DNA of 64,000 nt from Squalus acanthias (taxonomy: Eukaryota): contig CM059433.1 in assembly GCA_030390025.1 (NCBI GenBank), positions 28,460,001 through 28,524,000 on the forward strand, written 5' to 3'. The notes under the pieces were generated by a model. The model was not told the origin of the DNA and searched no databases. It saw nothing but the letters and a program-made list of their open reading frames with translations. Every line of letters begins with the position of its first letter. Position 1 is the first letter of the stretch. The position numbers and the translations under genes are program-made. This document shows, piece after piece, positions 62,513 to 64,000 of the stretch.

Positions 62513-63450
62513 CTTGACAACTCTGGTGAGGTTATTAAACTTCTTTCGGCACTGCAGCCATGTCATGGGAGCTAAGCTCCTGGCAGTGACCTCCTCAGCG
62601 ACCTCTTCCCACTGGCGGCGGAAGTGTTGCCTGAACATAAGAGCATAAGAAATAGGAGCAGGCATAGGCCATACAGCCACTCGAACCTGCTCCGCCATTC
62701 ACTAAGATCATGGCTGAACTTCTACCTCAACTCCACTTTCCCGTCCTAACCCCATATCCCTTGATTCCCTTAGTGCCCAAAAATCTATCGATCTCAGTCT
62801 TGAATATACTCAATGACTCAGCATCAACAGCCCTCTGGGGTAGAGAATGCCCAAGATTCACAATCCTCTGAGTGAAGAAATTCCTCCTTATCTCAGTCCT
62901 AAATGGCCGATCCCTTATCCTGAGACTATGACCTCTAGTTCTAGACTCTCCAGCCAGGGGAAACAGCCTCTCAGCATCTACCCTGTAAAGCCCTATAAGA
63001 ATTTTATACATTTCAATGAGATCACCTCTCATTCTTCTAAACTCCAGAGAAGATAGACCCAGTCTACTCAATATCTCCTCGTAGGACAGTCAAGGAATCA
63101 GTCGAGTGAACCTTTGTGGCACCCCCTCTAAGGCAAGTATATCCTTCCTTAGGTAAGGGGACCAAAACTGTAGACAATACTCCAGGTGTGGTCTCACCAA
63201 AGCCCCGTACAATTGCAACATGAATTCCTTTACTCTTATACTCCAACGCCCTTGCAATAATGGCTAACATACCATTTGCCTACCTAATTGCTTGCTGTAT
63301 CTGCATGTTGACTTTCTGTGATTCATGTGCAAGGGCTTTCTGTCCCACCCCTGGGCAGGGGGAAGAGGATTCACCCTCCCCCTGTCCACCACCTGGATTA
63401 GGGCCTCCAATGCAGCATTGGAGAACTGGATCTATAGGTCTTGCAGCCAT
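62513..63450 (-). pseudogene. Decayed Harbinger Myb/SANT-like DNA-binding gene, first exon split by CR1
   Basis: QFSNAALEALIQVVDRGR (~63360-63427) and RRQWEEVAEEVTARSLAPMTWLQCRKKFNNLTRVVK (62513-62620), ending at an AAG|gtaag donor. Confidence 0.8.
62633..63335 (-). mobile_element. CR1 LINE 3' fragment inserted in the Harbinger Myb exon
   Basis: RRMRGDLIEMYKIL...RRNFFTQRIVNL. Same subfamily as 53890-54830. Confidence 0.92.
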
Positions 63451-64000
63451 TTCTCTTCAGAATCTTTTTCCCTCCTCTATGCAGCCACGGTGCACCTCCC
63501 CTTTAAGAGGTGCTGGCTGCCTTTAAGTGTCATGCAGCCTATACATTTTGATATGGCGTGCTGATTAAGGTATATTGTCGCGTACCACTGTGGTAAAAGT
63601 GGCTTCAATTACTTTCTACTTGCTTGAGGCCTAAATCAATGTCAAGTGCAGTAATTTATGCCCATTCTCTGATGGGCTAATACGTGAAATTTCTCACGGA
63701 AGTGTAGCGTGACACATAAGACAAGAAGTTTTATAATCCTTCACTCAAAGTGACAACGCTCTGCGTCATGTCCTCCCTCCCCAGCTGTTGCTCCTCAAAC
63801 CTTCTAACCAGGCATTGACAGTTAAATTGTGCTCATTCTCACCCTGCTGGTGGGCAAAGAAAAAAACCAGGAAACCTGCGTTTTATAAATATAGTTCTGC
63901 CCTAGAAATCCGATTGGACCCGAAATCGGCGCGCAAGGGATCGGGACGACACTTGCACTGCAACAACAACAACAACTTAGCACCTTTAATGTAGTAAAAC

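Overview
This is vertebrate genomic DNA, not prokaryotic, and the repeat content (HE1/V-SINE, DeuSINE-like SINEs, CR1, L2, Penelope) points to a shark or other elasmobranch. The only host gene I can support is the 3' part of PRIM2 (DNA primase large subunit) on the + strand. It has four GT-AG coding exons (16655-16781, 19327-19409, 30204-30272, 37056-37298) encoding the 4Fe-4S C-terminal domain, followed by a probable ~2.4 kb 3' UTR. Most of the remainder is transposon-derived, and almost all entries in the ORF track are LINE fragments or chance ORFs. The most interesting signals are: (1) about seven 700-870 bp non-coding elements with 3-bp TSDs, Harbinger-type ends and hairpins whose sequence changes between copies while pairing is kept, two of which share an AT-rich core carrying conserved splice-donor motifs; (2) a decayed two-gene Harbinger (DDE transposase plus Myb/SANT) as a candidate partner; (3) two families of Penelope-associated minimal hammerhead ribozyme motifs, some in sense orientation inside PRIM2 introns; (4) a perfect 36-bp minisatellite split by an L2 insertion; and (5) a near full-length CR1 carrying three nested insertions. 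All calls were made by eye, repeat boundaries are approximate, and novelty cannot be established without database searches.
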